The notes beneath the pieces were generated by a model. It made no database searches and had not been told where the DNA came from. It saw only the letters and a program-made list of their open reading frames with translations. A stretch of 64,000 bases of DNA from the NCBI GenBank assembly GCA_034722055.1, contig JAYENL010000242.1:64001-128000 (forward strand), read 5' to 3'. This DNA is from Armatimonadota bacterium. GTDB taxonomy: Bacteria; Armatimonadota; Zipacnadia; Zipacnadales; UBA5352. Position 1 is the stretch's first letter. Each line of letters starts with the position of its first letter. Positions 47,545 to 56,351 of this stretch are shown one piece after another. Both the position numbers and the translations under genes were made by a program.

Positions 47545-49551
47545 GTGTTCCCCACCATGGGCCGGGAGGACGACACGACACTGGCGACGGAAGCCGCGCC
47601 GGAGGAAGAGAGCCGCGCCGCCAGCCTGCGCGCCCGCAGCTTCCTGCTGGGCGCGGCGCTGATTCCGGTGGTCAGCTTCTGGGTGGCCGGGATGGAGAAC
47701 GTCTACGGCGGCCGGCCCACCTACCTGTCCGTGTTCTTCCACGCCGTCATCCTCCTGGCCGTGCTCTACGGCATCAACCGCCTGCTGCATCTGGTGGCGC
47801 CCAAGCTGGCCTTCACCCGCGGCGAGCTGCTGCTGATCTACATCATGATCGGCGTCTCAAGCGGCATCGTCGGCGACCAGTTCATGGCCATCCTGGTCCC
47901 CTCCCTGGCGCACCCTTTCCGCTACGCCAGCGAGGCGAACCAGTGGGCGGAGACGCTCCTGCCCTACATGCCCGCCCACGCCACAGTATCCGACCCGGTG
48001 GCGGTGCGCAACTTCTATGAGGGCGATGCCAGCCTCTACGATCCCCGCAACTACGGGCCGTGGCTGGCGCCGGGGCTGCTGTGGGCGGCCTTCATCGCCA
48101 CCACGCAGCTCATGTGCCTGGCGGTGAACGTCATCATCCGCCGCCAGTGGACCGAGTACGAGAAGCTCAGCTTCCCGCTGACGATCCTGCCACTGGAGAT
48201 GACCCTCCGAGGGGGCGACAGCATCTGGCGCGACCGGCTGATGTGGATCGGCTTCGGGATCGCAGGCCTCATCGGCGTCATCAACGGTCTGCACGTGCAC
48301 TTCCCGGCCGTGCCGCAGATCCCGGTGAAGAATCAGTGGATCCGCGTCTCGCCGCGCTGGCGGGGGCCCATGGCGTCGCTGGGGATCGCCTTCTATCCCT
48401 TCATCATCGGCCTTGGCTACCTGCTGCCGCTGGAGCTGACGTTCTCGATCTGGTTCTTCGTGCTGCTGCTGCGCGGCGAGCGCATCGGGTTCTCGGCGCT
48501 GGGCTACCCCTCCAAGGCCATCTGGACCAGCGCCGGCAACGCCCGGCCGCCGGCCATCCTGGAGCAGAGCATCGGCGCCTACATCGCGGTGGTCTACTGG
48601 GGCTTCGCCACCGCCCGGGAGCACCTCTCTCGCGTCTGGCGGTCGGTGGTGGCGGGTCGGCCGCCAGGGGATGGGCGGCGCGGCATGACGCCGGCAGAGG
48701 TCACGGAGTATCGCGCCGCCTTCATGACGCTCGGCGCCGGTCTCTTCCTGACGTCGTGGTTCGGCTCCACGCTGGGGATGCCGGCCTGGATCGCGGCAGC
48801 CTACCTCGCGCTCTACCTGGTCATCACCACCGCCATCACCAAGATCCGCGCCGAGGCCGGCGCGCCCTCACACGGCTTTCACTTCGCGGGGCCCGACCAC
48901 ATCCTGCTGGCCGCGCTCGGCACCGAGCGCATCGGGCCGCGCGAGTTCCCCGCCTGGGGGCTGTTCTTCGGCTTCAACCGCGGCTACACCGGCGTCCCCC
49001 AGCCCCATCAGCTCGAGGGCATGAAGATGGGCGAGATGGTGGGGATGGACGACCAGCGCCTCGACGCGGGGATGGTCGTGGCGACCATCCTCGGCTCGCT
49101 CGCGGGCGTGTGGGCGCTGCTGCACCTGTGCTTCCGCGAGGGCGTGGAGCTGATGGGCGAGCCCGTGCGGCGCCTCTCACCGCAGGGCTGGAACCTGGTG
49201 CGCAACTGGCGCAATCAGCGCACCGGTCCCGACGCCGTGGCGCTGGGCGGGATGGCGGTCGGCTTCGTGCTCTCCTCGGTCCTGATGACGCTGCGCTACC
49301 ACTTCGTGTGGTTCCCCTTCCACCCCATCGGCTACGCCATCGCCGCGGACTGGACGACGGGCCTCATCTGGGTGCCGCTGCTGGTCGCGTGGCTGATCAA
49401 GACCCTGACCATGCGCTACGCCGGCCCGGGCGTCTACCGCCGCGGCGTGCCGCTGGCGCTGGGGCTGATGCTGGGGGAGTTCGCTGCGGGCGCATTCTGG
49501 TCGATCCTGGCGATGATCACCCGCACGCCGCAGTACGCATTCTGGACGTAG
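47545..49551 (+). CDS. DUF6785/DUF6784-type polytopic membrane protein (OPT-like)
   Basis: FTRGELLLIY, RRQWTEYEKLSFPL, IGLGYLLPLELTFSIWFF, KIRAEAG, WFPFHPIGYA. Confidence 0.8.
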   Translation: MFPTMGREDDTTLATEAAPEEESRAASLRARSFLLGAALIPVVSFWVAGMENVYGGRPTYLSVFFHAVILLAVLYGINRLLHLVAPKLAFTRGELLLIYIMIGVSSGIVGDQFMAILVPSLAHPFRYASEANQWAETLLPYMPAHATVSDPVAVRNFYEGDASLYDPRNYGPWLAPGLLWAAFIATTQLMCLAVNVIIRRQWTEYEKLSFPLTILPLEMTLRGGDSIWRDRLMWIGFGIAGLIGVINGLHVHFPAVPQIPVKNQWIRVSPRWRGPMASLGIAFYPFIIGLGYLLPLELTFSIWFFVLLLRGERIGFSALGYPSKAIWTSAGNARPPAILEQSIGAYIAVVYWGFATAREHLSRVWRSVVAGRPPGDGRRGMTPAEVTEYRAAFMTLGAGLFLTSWFGSTLGMPAWIAAAYLALYLVITTAITKIRAEAGAPSHGFHFAGPDHILLAALGTERIGPREFPAWGLFFGFNRGYTGVPQPHQLEGMKMGEMVGMDDQRLDAGMVVATILGSLAGVWALLHLCFREGVELMGEPVRRLSPQGWNLVRNWRNQRTGPDAVALGGMAVGFVLSSVLMTLRYHFVWFPFHPIGYAIAADWTTGLIWVPLLVAWLIKTLTMRYAGPGVYRRGVPLALGLMLGEFAAGAFWSILAMITRTPQYAFWT

Positions 49552-49555
49552 CGGC

Positions 49556-49590
49556 AGCTACCAGCTACGAGCCGCGAGCTGCAAGCTACG
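49556..49590. repeat. Degenerate 7-bp tandem repeat (5 units)
   Basis: AGCTACC AGCTACG AGCCGCG AGCTGCA AGCTACG directly after the stop codon. Confidence 0.65.
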
Positions 49591-49627
49591 GCAGCGGCTG
49601 ACTGCCCGCTCGCTGTCGCCGTCGTGC

Positions 49628-49845
49628 GGAGCGGCGGCGTCTTCAGACCCGCCGGCCGTTTGTCGTGAGCCGCTGCTGTCTTGTCGTTCCGTGGCGCGGA
49701 CGTTCCCGAGTAGACCCGTCGGGGTCTAAGGAACTCCGCAACCAGGCTCGCCTGCGAGCCTCCGGACACTCTTGTCCGTCCGCCGTTGTGCGTGGCCTTC
49801 ACGCTGGACGACAACTGCCGGGCGGGCAGGGAAGCCCGCCCCTCC
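49628..49845. repeat. Inverted pair of GGAG-headed REP-like palindromes enclosing further hairpins
   Basis: GGAGCGGCGGCGTCTTCAGACCCGCCGG (+) and GGAGGGGCGGGCTTCCCTGCCCGCCCGG (-); internal TAGACCC-GTCG-GGGTCTA and GGCTCGC-CT-GCGAGCC. Confidence 0.55.
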
Positions 49846-49915
49846 TGACGGCGTGGCACGACGGCGGGCTCAGCAAAGCGCGTCCGCCGGTAGCGCATCC
49901 CCTATCCCCCGTCGC

Positions 49916-50758
49916 TCACTCCCAGTGCGCCGCGAGCCGGCGCAGGAAGCATGCGTTCCAGGCGAACTTCTCCTCCAGGGAGTCAAACTGGGCGAAGTCC
50001 TCGGCCGTCAGGTAGCCGTCGTAGCCGATGGCCGCCAGCTCATCCGCGATCTCGTCCCAGTCCAGCACGCCCTCGTTGACCCGCACGTTCCCGCCCGGCA
50101 GGCGCTCGTGCGAGAGCGCCTCGCCCTCCGCGGTCATGCGGTTCTTCACGTGCACGTTGCGGATCCAGCCGCCCAGCATCCGCACCTGCACCCACGGCCG
50201 CTCGAAGCCCTCGCTGACCGCGTTGCCGGGGTCGAAGACGACGCCCAGGTAGGGGTGCTCGAGCCCGCGGAGCATGTCCATGCACTGCCCCGCGGAGGCG
50301 ATGTAGCGTCCGCCATGCTGCTCGGGGGTGACCACGATCTCGTGGGCAGCCGCCATCTCGGCCACGCGCATCATCTGATCGCGGAAGGCCGCACGGCAGA
50401 CCTCGTAGTCGTACCGCCGATCGTAGTCGCCCGACGACACGCGCATGAACCTCGCGCCCAGGATCCCGGCGGTGTGCAGCGAGCGCTCGATGTTCGCGAG
50501 CTGCTCGGCGGCGGCCTCGCGCTCCACCAATCCGATCTCCCAGTAGGTGGTGAGGCCCGAGACGTGCAGGCCCGCCTCCTCCACCATGTCGCGCGCGTCC
50601 TCGGCCTCGTCGTCGCTGATCTCGGGCAGGATGTGAATGCCGTCATGGCGCTGGCGGATGTCCACGGCGTCGAAGCCGGCGTCCGCCGCCAGCCGCACCG
50701 CCTCCTCCAGCGAGACGTCGCGTGCAAGCAGGGTGTACAGGGAAATCTGCGGGGCCAT
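49916..50758 (-). CDS. Sugar phosphate isomerase/epimerase (xylose isomerase-like TIM barrel)
   Basis: AADAGFDAVDI, PEQH, VFDPGN, NVHVKN, GVLDW...GYDGYLTAE; ATG 50758 after GGGAGGGAG. Confidence 0.9.
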   Translation of the reverse strand: MAPQISLYTLLARDVSLEEAVRLAADAGFDAVDIRQRHDGIHILPEISDDEAEDARDMVEEAGLHVSGLTTYWEIGLVEREAAAEQLANIERSLHTAGILGARFMRVSSGDYDRRYDYEVCRAAFRDQMMRVAEMAAAHEIVVTPEQHGGRYIASAGQCMDMLRGLEHPYLGVVFDPGNAVSEGFERPWVQVRMLGGWIRNVHVKNRMTAEGEALSHERLPGGNVRVNEGVLDWDEIADELAAIGYDGYLTAEDFAQFDSLEEKFAWNACFLRRLAAHWE

Positions 50759-50798
50759 CTGTGTCTCCCTCCCATCCTCATCTGTGTGCCCCGGTAGG

Positions 50799-50823
50799 TT
50801 CGCCGGGCGTGGGCGCGTGGCCT
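50799..50823 (-). promoter_or_regulatory. AGG-N19-GAA (sigma-H-like) promoter motif
   Basis: Minus strand AGGCCACGCGCCCACGCCCGGCGAA, about 40 nt upstream of the isomerase. Confidence 0.55.
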
Positions 50824-50891
50824 TCGCCGCGGACCGCGGTCCCGTGGCGAGCGGGCCCTCCTCATAGCCGGCCCTCGCCCGCGCGGGTGAA

Positions 50892-50921
50892 TTGCCTTCC
50901 CTTACATCGATGATGTATAAT
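50892..50921 (+). promoter_or_regulatory. sigma-A promoter of the CoA-activase gene
   Basis: TTGCCT-N18-TATAAT. Confidence 0.65.
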
Positions 50922-51125
50922 GAGGCCTCCAATGCTGCCCGCGGAGGCGGGCGCGGGTGAACGTGGACGGGCCGACGTGCGCTGGACCAGCGGGGGGCGC
51001 AGGGCGGCCCGTTTTGTGCCAGGAATGTACGGCAAACCATGCCGGCGCACCAGGCCCGCTCATGCCGGGCGCGGCGCCGCGCGCTACGCGATGCCGAGCT
51101 GGACGAGCGCATACGGAGGATACGG

Positions 51126-54100
51126 GTGCAGATGCCTGAAGGGAGCACGTACGCCGTCGGCGTGGACGTTGGCTCAGTCAGCGTTGACATAGCCGTCCTG
51201 GACGAAAACGGGGAGATCGTCGAGACGCAGTACATCCGCCACCACGGGCGGCCCATCCAGACCGCGGGCAGGGCTCTGCGGGAGACCGTCGAGGCGCTCG
51301 GCCGAGAGAACGTCGCTATCGTGGCCGCAACGGGGAACGCCGGCCGGCTGGTCGCGGAGCGCCTCAACGCCCTCTTCGTCAACGAGGTCGTGGCCCAATC
51401 CACCGCCACAGGGAGGCTTCACCCCCACGCCCGGACCATCATCGAGATCGGCGGCGAGGACTCCAAGCTCATCTTCCTGGGGCCCACAGAGAACCCGGGT
51501 GAGGACGTCGAGGTCGCGGACTTCAACATGAACGCCATGTGCGCCGCAGGCACCGGCTCCTTCCTCGATCAGCAGGCGGTGCGCATGAACCTGTCCATCG
51601 AGGACTTCGGCCGGATCGCCCTGGAGAGCGAGCATCCCCCGCGCGTGGCCGGCCGCTGCTCCGTCTTCGCCAAGTCCGATATGATCCACCTGCAGCAGAT
51701 GGCCACGCCCGTGAAGGACATCGTGGCAGGCCTGTGCTACGCGCTGGTGCGGAACTTCAAGTCCACGGTCGGCTCCGCGCGCGACCTGGTGCCGCCGGTG
51801 GCCTTCCAGGGCGGCGTGGCAGCCAACCCCGCCATCATCCGGGCGATCCGCGACGTCTACGAGCTCGACGACGACCAGCTCATCATCCCCGAGCACTTCG
51901 GCGCCATGGGGGCCGTCGGCGCTGCCCTTCGGGCCATGCGCGACGGCGCGCCCAAGGCGGACCTGGACGCCATAGCGGACCTGGAGGGCCACGTCCTGGC
52001 GGCGGCGGACCGGGAGCGGCTGGCGCCGTTGCGGCTGGAGAAGAGCGCTATTCACCCTTCCCAGGTGATCCCGCCCCAGCCGGGGGAGAAGGTCCCAGCT
52101 TACCTTGGCATCGACGTGGGCTCGATATCCACCAACCTGGTAGTGATGGACGCCGGCGGCCGGGTGCTGCACAAGGAGTATCTGATGACCGCCAGCCGGC
52201 CCATCGAGGCGGTGGGCACGGCGCTGAAGTCCGCCGGCGAGGCCATCGGTGACCGGGTGGAGATCCGCAAGGCCTGCACCACCGGCTCCGGGCGCTATCT
52301 GGTCGGCGACTTCGTGGGCGCCGACGTGGTGAAGAACGAGATCACCGCCCAGGCCACCGGCGCCGTCCATCTGGACCCCACCGTGGACACCATCTTCGAG
52401 ATCGGCGGGCAGGACTCCAAGTATATCAGCATCGATAACGGGGTGGTCGTGGACTTCACGATGAACAAGGTCTGCGCCGCCGGCACCGGCTCGTTCCTCG
52501 AGGAGCAGGCCGACAAGCTGGGCATATTCATCGAGGAGCAGTTCGCCGATCAGGCGCTCTCGGCGGAGGCCCCGGCCAACCTCGGGGAGCGGTGCACCGT
52601 GTTCATGGAGTCGGAGCTGCTCAAGCACCAGCAGGCCGGCGTGGACACCCCTGACCTGGTGGCGGGCCTGGCGTACTCCATCGTCTACAACTACCTGAAC
52701 CGCGTCGTGGAGGACCGGCGCGTCGGCGACAACATCTTCTTTCAGGGCGGCACGGCCTTCAACAGGGCCGTCGTTGCGGCCTTCGAGTCCGTCACCGGGA
52801 AGCGCATCACTGTGCCACCGCACAATGAGAACACTGGCGCCATCGGCTGTGCCCTGATCGCCAGGGAGCACGACGACGGCCAGGGCAGCGACTTCAGAGG
52901 CTTCGACCTCTCGGATGTGGAGTACACCATCGAGAGCTTCGAATGCAAGGGCTGCCCCAACCGCTGCGAGATCAACAAGGTCAGTATCGCGGGCGAGCCG
53001 CCGCTGTTCTACGGTGACCGGTGCGGGAGGTACCAGACCCGGGAGGCTGACGACGAGCACCCGGATATGCCCGATCTGTTCGCTGAGCGGGATCAGATGC
53101 TCGAGGACTCGTATCATCGCGACCACGAGCTCCCGGAGGACGCGCCGCGGGTGGGAATGCCGCGTTCGCTGCTGTTCTTCGAGCTCTACCCGTTCTGGAA
53201 GGCGTTCTTCAACGAACTGGAATGCGAGATCGTGGTGTCGAAGCCAACCAACAAGGCTATCGCTCACACCGGCGCCGAGCGCTCGGTAGCGGAGACCTGC
53301 TTCCCCCAGAAGCTCAACCTCGGGCACGTGCTGACGCTGCTGGACGACGAGCAGCTCGACTACCTGTTCCTGCCCTCCGTCATCAACCTCCCCTGCCCGG
53401 ACGAGCGAATGACCGACAGCTTCGTCTGCTCCTACATCCAGAGCGTGCCCTACCACATCAAGTCCTGCATCGACTTCGATGAGCACGACGTCACGCTGCT
53501 GGAGCCGCACATGTGGATGGCCCACGGTGAGCGCCACGTTGCCCAGCAGCTCGCCGAGGTGGGGCGAGAGCTGGGGGCCAGCGGGCGACAGGTTCGCCAG
53601 GCGGTGCAGCGGGGCTTCGAGGCCCTGGAACGCTTCGAGCAGATGACCCGGGAGCGGGGACAGGAGGTGCTGCAACAGCTTGGCGAGGACGAGCGGGCCG
53701 TAGTGATCGTCAGCCGCTCCTACAATGGCTGCGACCCCGGCGCCAACCTGGAGATCCCCCAGAAGCTGCGGAAGATGGGGGTGCTGGCCATCCCCATGGA
53801 CTTCCTGCCGCTCGACGACGTGAAGCTGCCCACCGACTGGTTCAACATGTACTGGCGTTACGGTCAGAAGATCCTGTCGGCCGGGGAGATTATCGTCGGC
53901 GACGACCGCCTCTTCCCACTGTACTTGACCAACTTCGCCTGCGGGCCGGACTCGTTTATCATGCACTTTTTCCGCGAGCGCATCGGCGAGAAGCCGACGC
54001 TGATCATCGAGGTCGATGAGCACTCCGCCGACGCCGGCATGATCACCCGCTGTGAGGCCTTCCTGGACTCGCTGGAGGCCACCAGGGGGCGCGATTTCGT

Positions 54101-55373
54101 GAAGGGCCGGCACCTCCGGCCACTGGGCATCGACGGGCAGTCCCACCGGACCATGCTTATCCCGAATATGAGCGACCACGCCTACGCCCTGGCGGCGGCC
54201 TTCGAACACCAGGGCATGCCTGCGGAGGTGCTGCCCGAGCCCGACGAGGAGACGCTCAAGTGGGGCCGGCGCTACACCTCCGGCAAGGAGTGCTTCCCGG
54301 CCATCGTCACCACCGGTGACATGGTGAAGTTCGTCAAGCAGGACGGCTTCGACCGCGACACGTACGCATTCTTCATGGGCGGGTCGGGCGGGCCCTGCCG
54401 CTTCGGGCAGTACAACACTCTGCAGCGGATGGTGCTGGACGACCTCGGGTACGAGGATGTGCCCATCTACGCCCCGCACCAGGGCCGGCACTTCTTCGAC
54501 GAGCTGGGGATCGTGGGGCGCGACTTCCTGCGCGTGGCGTGGCAGGGCCTGGTCGCGGTCGATATGCTCTTCAAGGCGCTGCTGGAGACCCGCCCCTACG
54601 AGGTGGAGCCGGGCGCGGCGCAGCGCGTCTACGATGCATGCCTTCACGACCTGTTGCAGACGGTGCAGGATGGCGGGAACGTCGTCGCGGAAATGCGACG
54701 TGCCCGCCAGCACTTCGAGCAGGTGCAGCTCGACCGCTCCGAGCCGAAGCCGGTCGTGGGGCTGACAGGGGAATTCTACATCCGCGCCAACGCCTTCAGC
54801 AACCAGCACCTGATCGACAAGATCGAAAAGCTGGGCGGTGAGGTCTGGATGGCGCCCGTCTACGAGTGGTTCCTGTACCGCAACTACCGCCGCGACATGA
54901 GGGCCAAGCTCGACGGCGAGATCCTCTTCCGGCTCAAGAACCGCATCGAGGACGAGATCATGACCCGCGACGAGCACGCCCTGGCGCAGCCGTGGCAGGG
55001 GTTCCTGCGCAACGTCCACGAGCCGCCGACCAGCGACGTGCTGGAGATGGCCTGCGACTACGTGCACCGCTCCTTCGAGGGCGAGGCCGTGATGACGGTG
55101 GGCAAGGCCGTGGACTTCATCCAGAAAGGGCTGCACGGGGTGGTGACCGTCATGCCCTTCACCTGCATGCCGGGGACCATCTCGCACGCCATCCTCAAGC
55201 GGGTGCGCACCGACTACGGGGACTTCCCCGCCCTGAACATGGTCTACGACGGGGACGAGCAGGCCACCGATCAGACGCGGCTGGAGGCCTTCATGCACCA
55301 GGCCACCGAGTTCATGCGCCGCGCCGGCCCCATCCTCGCCGACCGCCAGGAGATGCTGGCGGCCGGACACTGA
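51126..55373 (+). CDS. 2-hydroxyacyl-CoA dehydratase activase fusion (two BcrAD/BadFG ATPase domains + DUF2229 + dehydratase-like domains)
   Basis: Two GxDVGSxS / EIGG(E/Q)DSK / CAAGTGSFL / RC(S/T)VF modules, CKGCPNRC, ETCFP, FACGPD, EVDEHSADAG, GPCRFGQY, PFTCMPG; GGAGG SD. Confidence 0.93.
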   Translation: MQMPEGSTYAVGVDVGSVSVDIAVLDENGEIVETQYIRHHGRPIQTAGRALRETVEALGRENVAIVAATGNAGRLVAERLNALFVNEVVAQSTATGRLHPHARTIIEIGGEDSKLIFLGPTENPGEDVEVADFNMNAMCAAGTGSFLDQQAVRMNLSIEDFGRIALESEHPPRVAGRCSVFAKSDMIHLQQMATPVKDIVAGLCYALVRNFKSTVGSARDLVPPVAFQGGVAANPAIIRAIRDVYELDDDQLIIPEHFGAMGAVGAALRAMRDGAPKADLDAIADLEGHVLAAADRERLAPLRLEKSAIHPSQVIPPQPGEKVPAYLGIDVGSISTNLVVMDAGGRVLHKEYLMTASRPIEAVGTALKSAGEAIGDRVEIRKACTTGSGRYLVGDFVGADVVKNEITAQATGAVHLDPTVDTIFEIGGQDSKYISIDNGVVVDFTMNKVCAAGTGSFLEEQADKLGIFIEEQFADQALSAEAPANLGERCTVFMESELLKHQQAGVDTPDLVAGLAYSIVYNYLNRVVEDRRVGDNIFFQGGTAFNRAVVAAFESVTGKRITVPPHNENTGAIGCALIAREHDDGQGSDFRGFDLSDVEYTIESFECKGCPNRCEINKVSIAGEPPLFYGDRCGRYQTREADDEHPDMPDLFAERDQMLEDSYHRDHELPEDAPRVGMPRSLLFFELYPFWKAFFNELECEIVVSKPTNKAIAHTGAERSVAETCFPQKLNLGHVLTLLDDEQLDYLFLPSVINLPCPDERMTDSFVCSYIQSVPYHIKSCIDFDEHDVTLLEPHMWMAHGERHVAQQLAEVGRELGASGRQVRQAVQRGFEALERFEQMTRERGQEVLQQLGEDERAVVIVSRSYNGCDPGANLEIPQKLRKMGVLAIPMDFLPLDDVKLPTDWFNMYWRYGQKILSAGEIIVGDDRLFPLYLTNFACGPDSFIMHFFRERIGEKPTLIIEVDEHSADAGMITRCEAFLDSLEATRGRDFVKGRHLRPLGIDGQSHRTMLIPNMSDHAYALAAAFEHQGMPAEVLPEPDEETLKWGRRYTSGKECFPAIVTTGDMVKFVKQDGFDRDTYAFFMGGSGGPCRFGQYNTLQRMVLDDLGYEDVPIYAPHQGRHFFDELGIVGRDFLRVAWQGLVAVDMLFKALLETRPYEVEPGAAQRVYDACLHDLLQTVQDGGNVVAEMRRARQHFEQVQLDRSEPKPVVGLTGEFYIRANAFSNQHLIDKIEKLGGEVWMAPVYEWFLYRNYRRDMRAKLDGEILFRLKNRIEDEIMTRDEHALAQPWQGFLRNVHEPPTSDVLEMACDYVHRSFEGEAVMTVGKAVDFIQKGLHGVVTVMPFTCMPGTISHAILKRVRTDYGDFPALNMVYDGDEQATDQTRLEAFMHQATEFMRRAGPILADRQEMLAAGH

Positions 55374-55402
55374 GCCCCACGCGCTGACCGGCACGACTCA
55401 TC

Positions 55403-55429
55403 AGGGCGAGGCCACCATGGCCTCGCCCT
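55403..55429. terminator. Strong hairpin between convergent genes
   Basis: AGGGCGAGGCCA-CCA-TGGCCTCGCCCT (12-bp stem); no clear U-tract. Confidence 0.5.
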
Positions 55430-55456
55430 CGTTGCGCCATGACGGCAATGCGGGGG

Positions 55457-55915
55457 TTAGTCGGCGGATGCCGCGAACTCGCCAAGAGAGTGAACCCACC
55501 CCAACTCGTCACCGACCGTACGAACAAGGCGTTCGTCTGCCGTCCAAAGATCGCAGCCCACGAGTGTGGCAGTGGCAAGGTAGGCAGCGTCGTACGCGCT
55601 CACCTGATAGCCGAACGCCTCGATCCAGTCGTGCCAGTAGGCGCTGAGGCCCTCGGTCAACAGGTCCGGCGTCCTGAACCGGAACCTGCTGAGCACATCG
55701 GCAGCTTCATGGGCCTCTTGTCCAGTAAGGTCATCCCGCTGATACGACTTGCGGATAACGTTCATGACCTCCCAGAAGAACAGCTCCGGGACCCAGACAT
55801 CGGCCCTCTCCTCGATCCAGGTCCGGTACAGTTGGCTCGCTTGCTTCGAAAGGTCCTCCTCAAGCAGCAACTTGGCTCCAAAGCATGCATCAATGCAGAC
55901 TGCTCTAACGCTCGT
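55457..55915 (-). CDS. vapC: VapC-family PIN toxin with apparent non-canonical ACG start
   Basis: VCIDAC, WVPELFFWEVMN, SAYDAAYLATA, LWTADERL (PIN acidic tetrad intact); expected start position reads ACG AGC GTT AGA. Confidence 0.85.
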   Translation of the reverse strand, partial: TSVRAVCIDACFGAKLLLEEDLSKQASQLYRTWIEERADVWVPELFFWEVMNVIRKSYQRDDLTGQEAHEAADVLSRFRFRTPDLLTEGLSAYWHDWIEAFGYQVSAYDAAYLATATLVGCDLWTADERLVRTVGDELGWVHSLGEFAASAD

Positions 55916-56279
55916 CCCTGCCCTCTCTGATGAGTTCGGCGGAGTATCCGGCAGCAAAAGGCTCACCCCCGCGCCGCTCAAGGATCCTCTCCCGCAGTCT
56001 GTCCGCTCTCTCAAGCGCATGGTCGTTCATATGTCTACGCACGTCCGAGAGTGCGTGCTCGGCATCTGAGGACGTTTGCGGTTTGCCGGGTACATTGCAG
56101 TATGCCATGGTCCGAAGCCACTCATCGAGGGCGCTCTTGGGCACGCGCCATACGTCGTTCAGCAAGCGGACGGCAGGTAGACTACCGCCTTCGATAAGCT
56201 CGCGCACATCATCCGCGCCTATCTGCAGGTACTCAGCGGCCTGCTCGATAGTCATCACGTCGCGGGCCTCAGGCGCCAT
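55905..56279 (-). CDS. Putative antitoxin: HTH_17 (excisionase-like) DNA-binding domain + VapB-like tail
   Basis: VMTIEQAAEYLQI...LPAVRL..VWRVPKSALDEWL; C-terminal SAELIREGRDER resembles VapB tails; overlaps vapC. Confidence 0.8.
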   Translation of the reverse strand: MAPEARDVMTIEQAAEYLQIGADDVRELIEGGSLPAVRLLNDVWRVPKSALDEWLRTMAYCNVPGKPQTSSDAEHALSDVRRHMNDHALERADRLRERILERRGGEPFAAGYSAELIREGRDER

Positions 56280-56316
56280 CGGGTCTCACCGCCCCTCACT
56301 GCATTCATACGTCACT

Positions 56317-56346
56317 ATTATACCCCCCGGGCCATGCCGCCGTCCA
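56317..56346 (-). promoter_or_regulatory. sigma-A promoter of the TA operon
   Basis: TGGACG-N18-TATAAT. Confidence 0.6.
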
Positions 56347-56351
56347 CGCCG

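Noticed and set aside
51174..55394. 1406-aa minus-strand ORF
   Set aside because: Antisense shadow of the CoA-activase fusion gene.
55905..56279. Prophage or ICE excisionase
   Set aside because: No integrase, att sites or phage genes nearby; the VapB-like tail and overlap with vapC favour an antitoxin.
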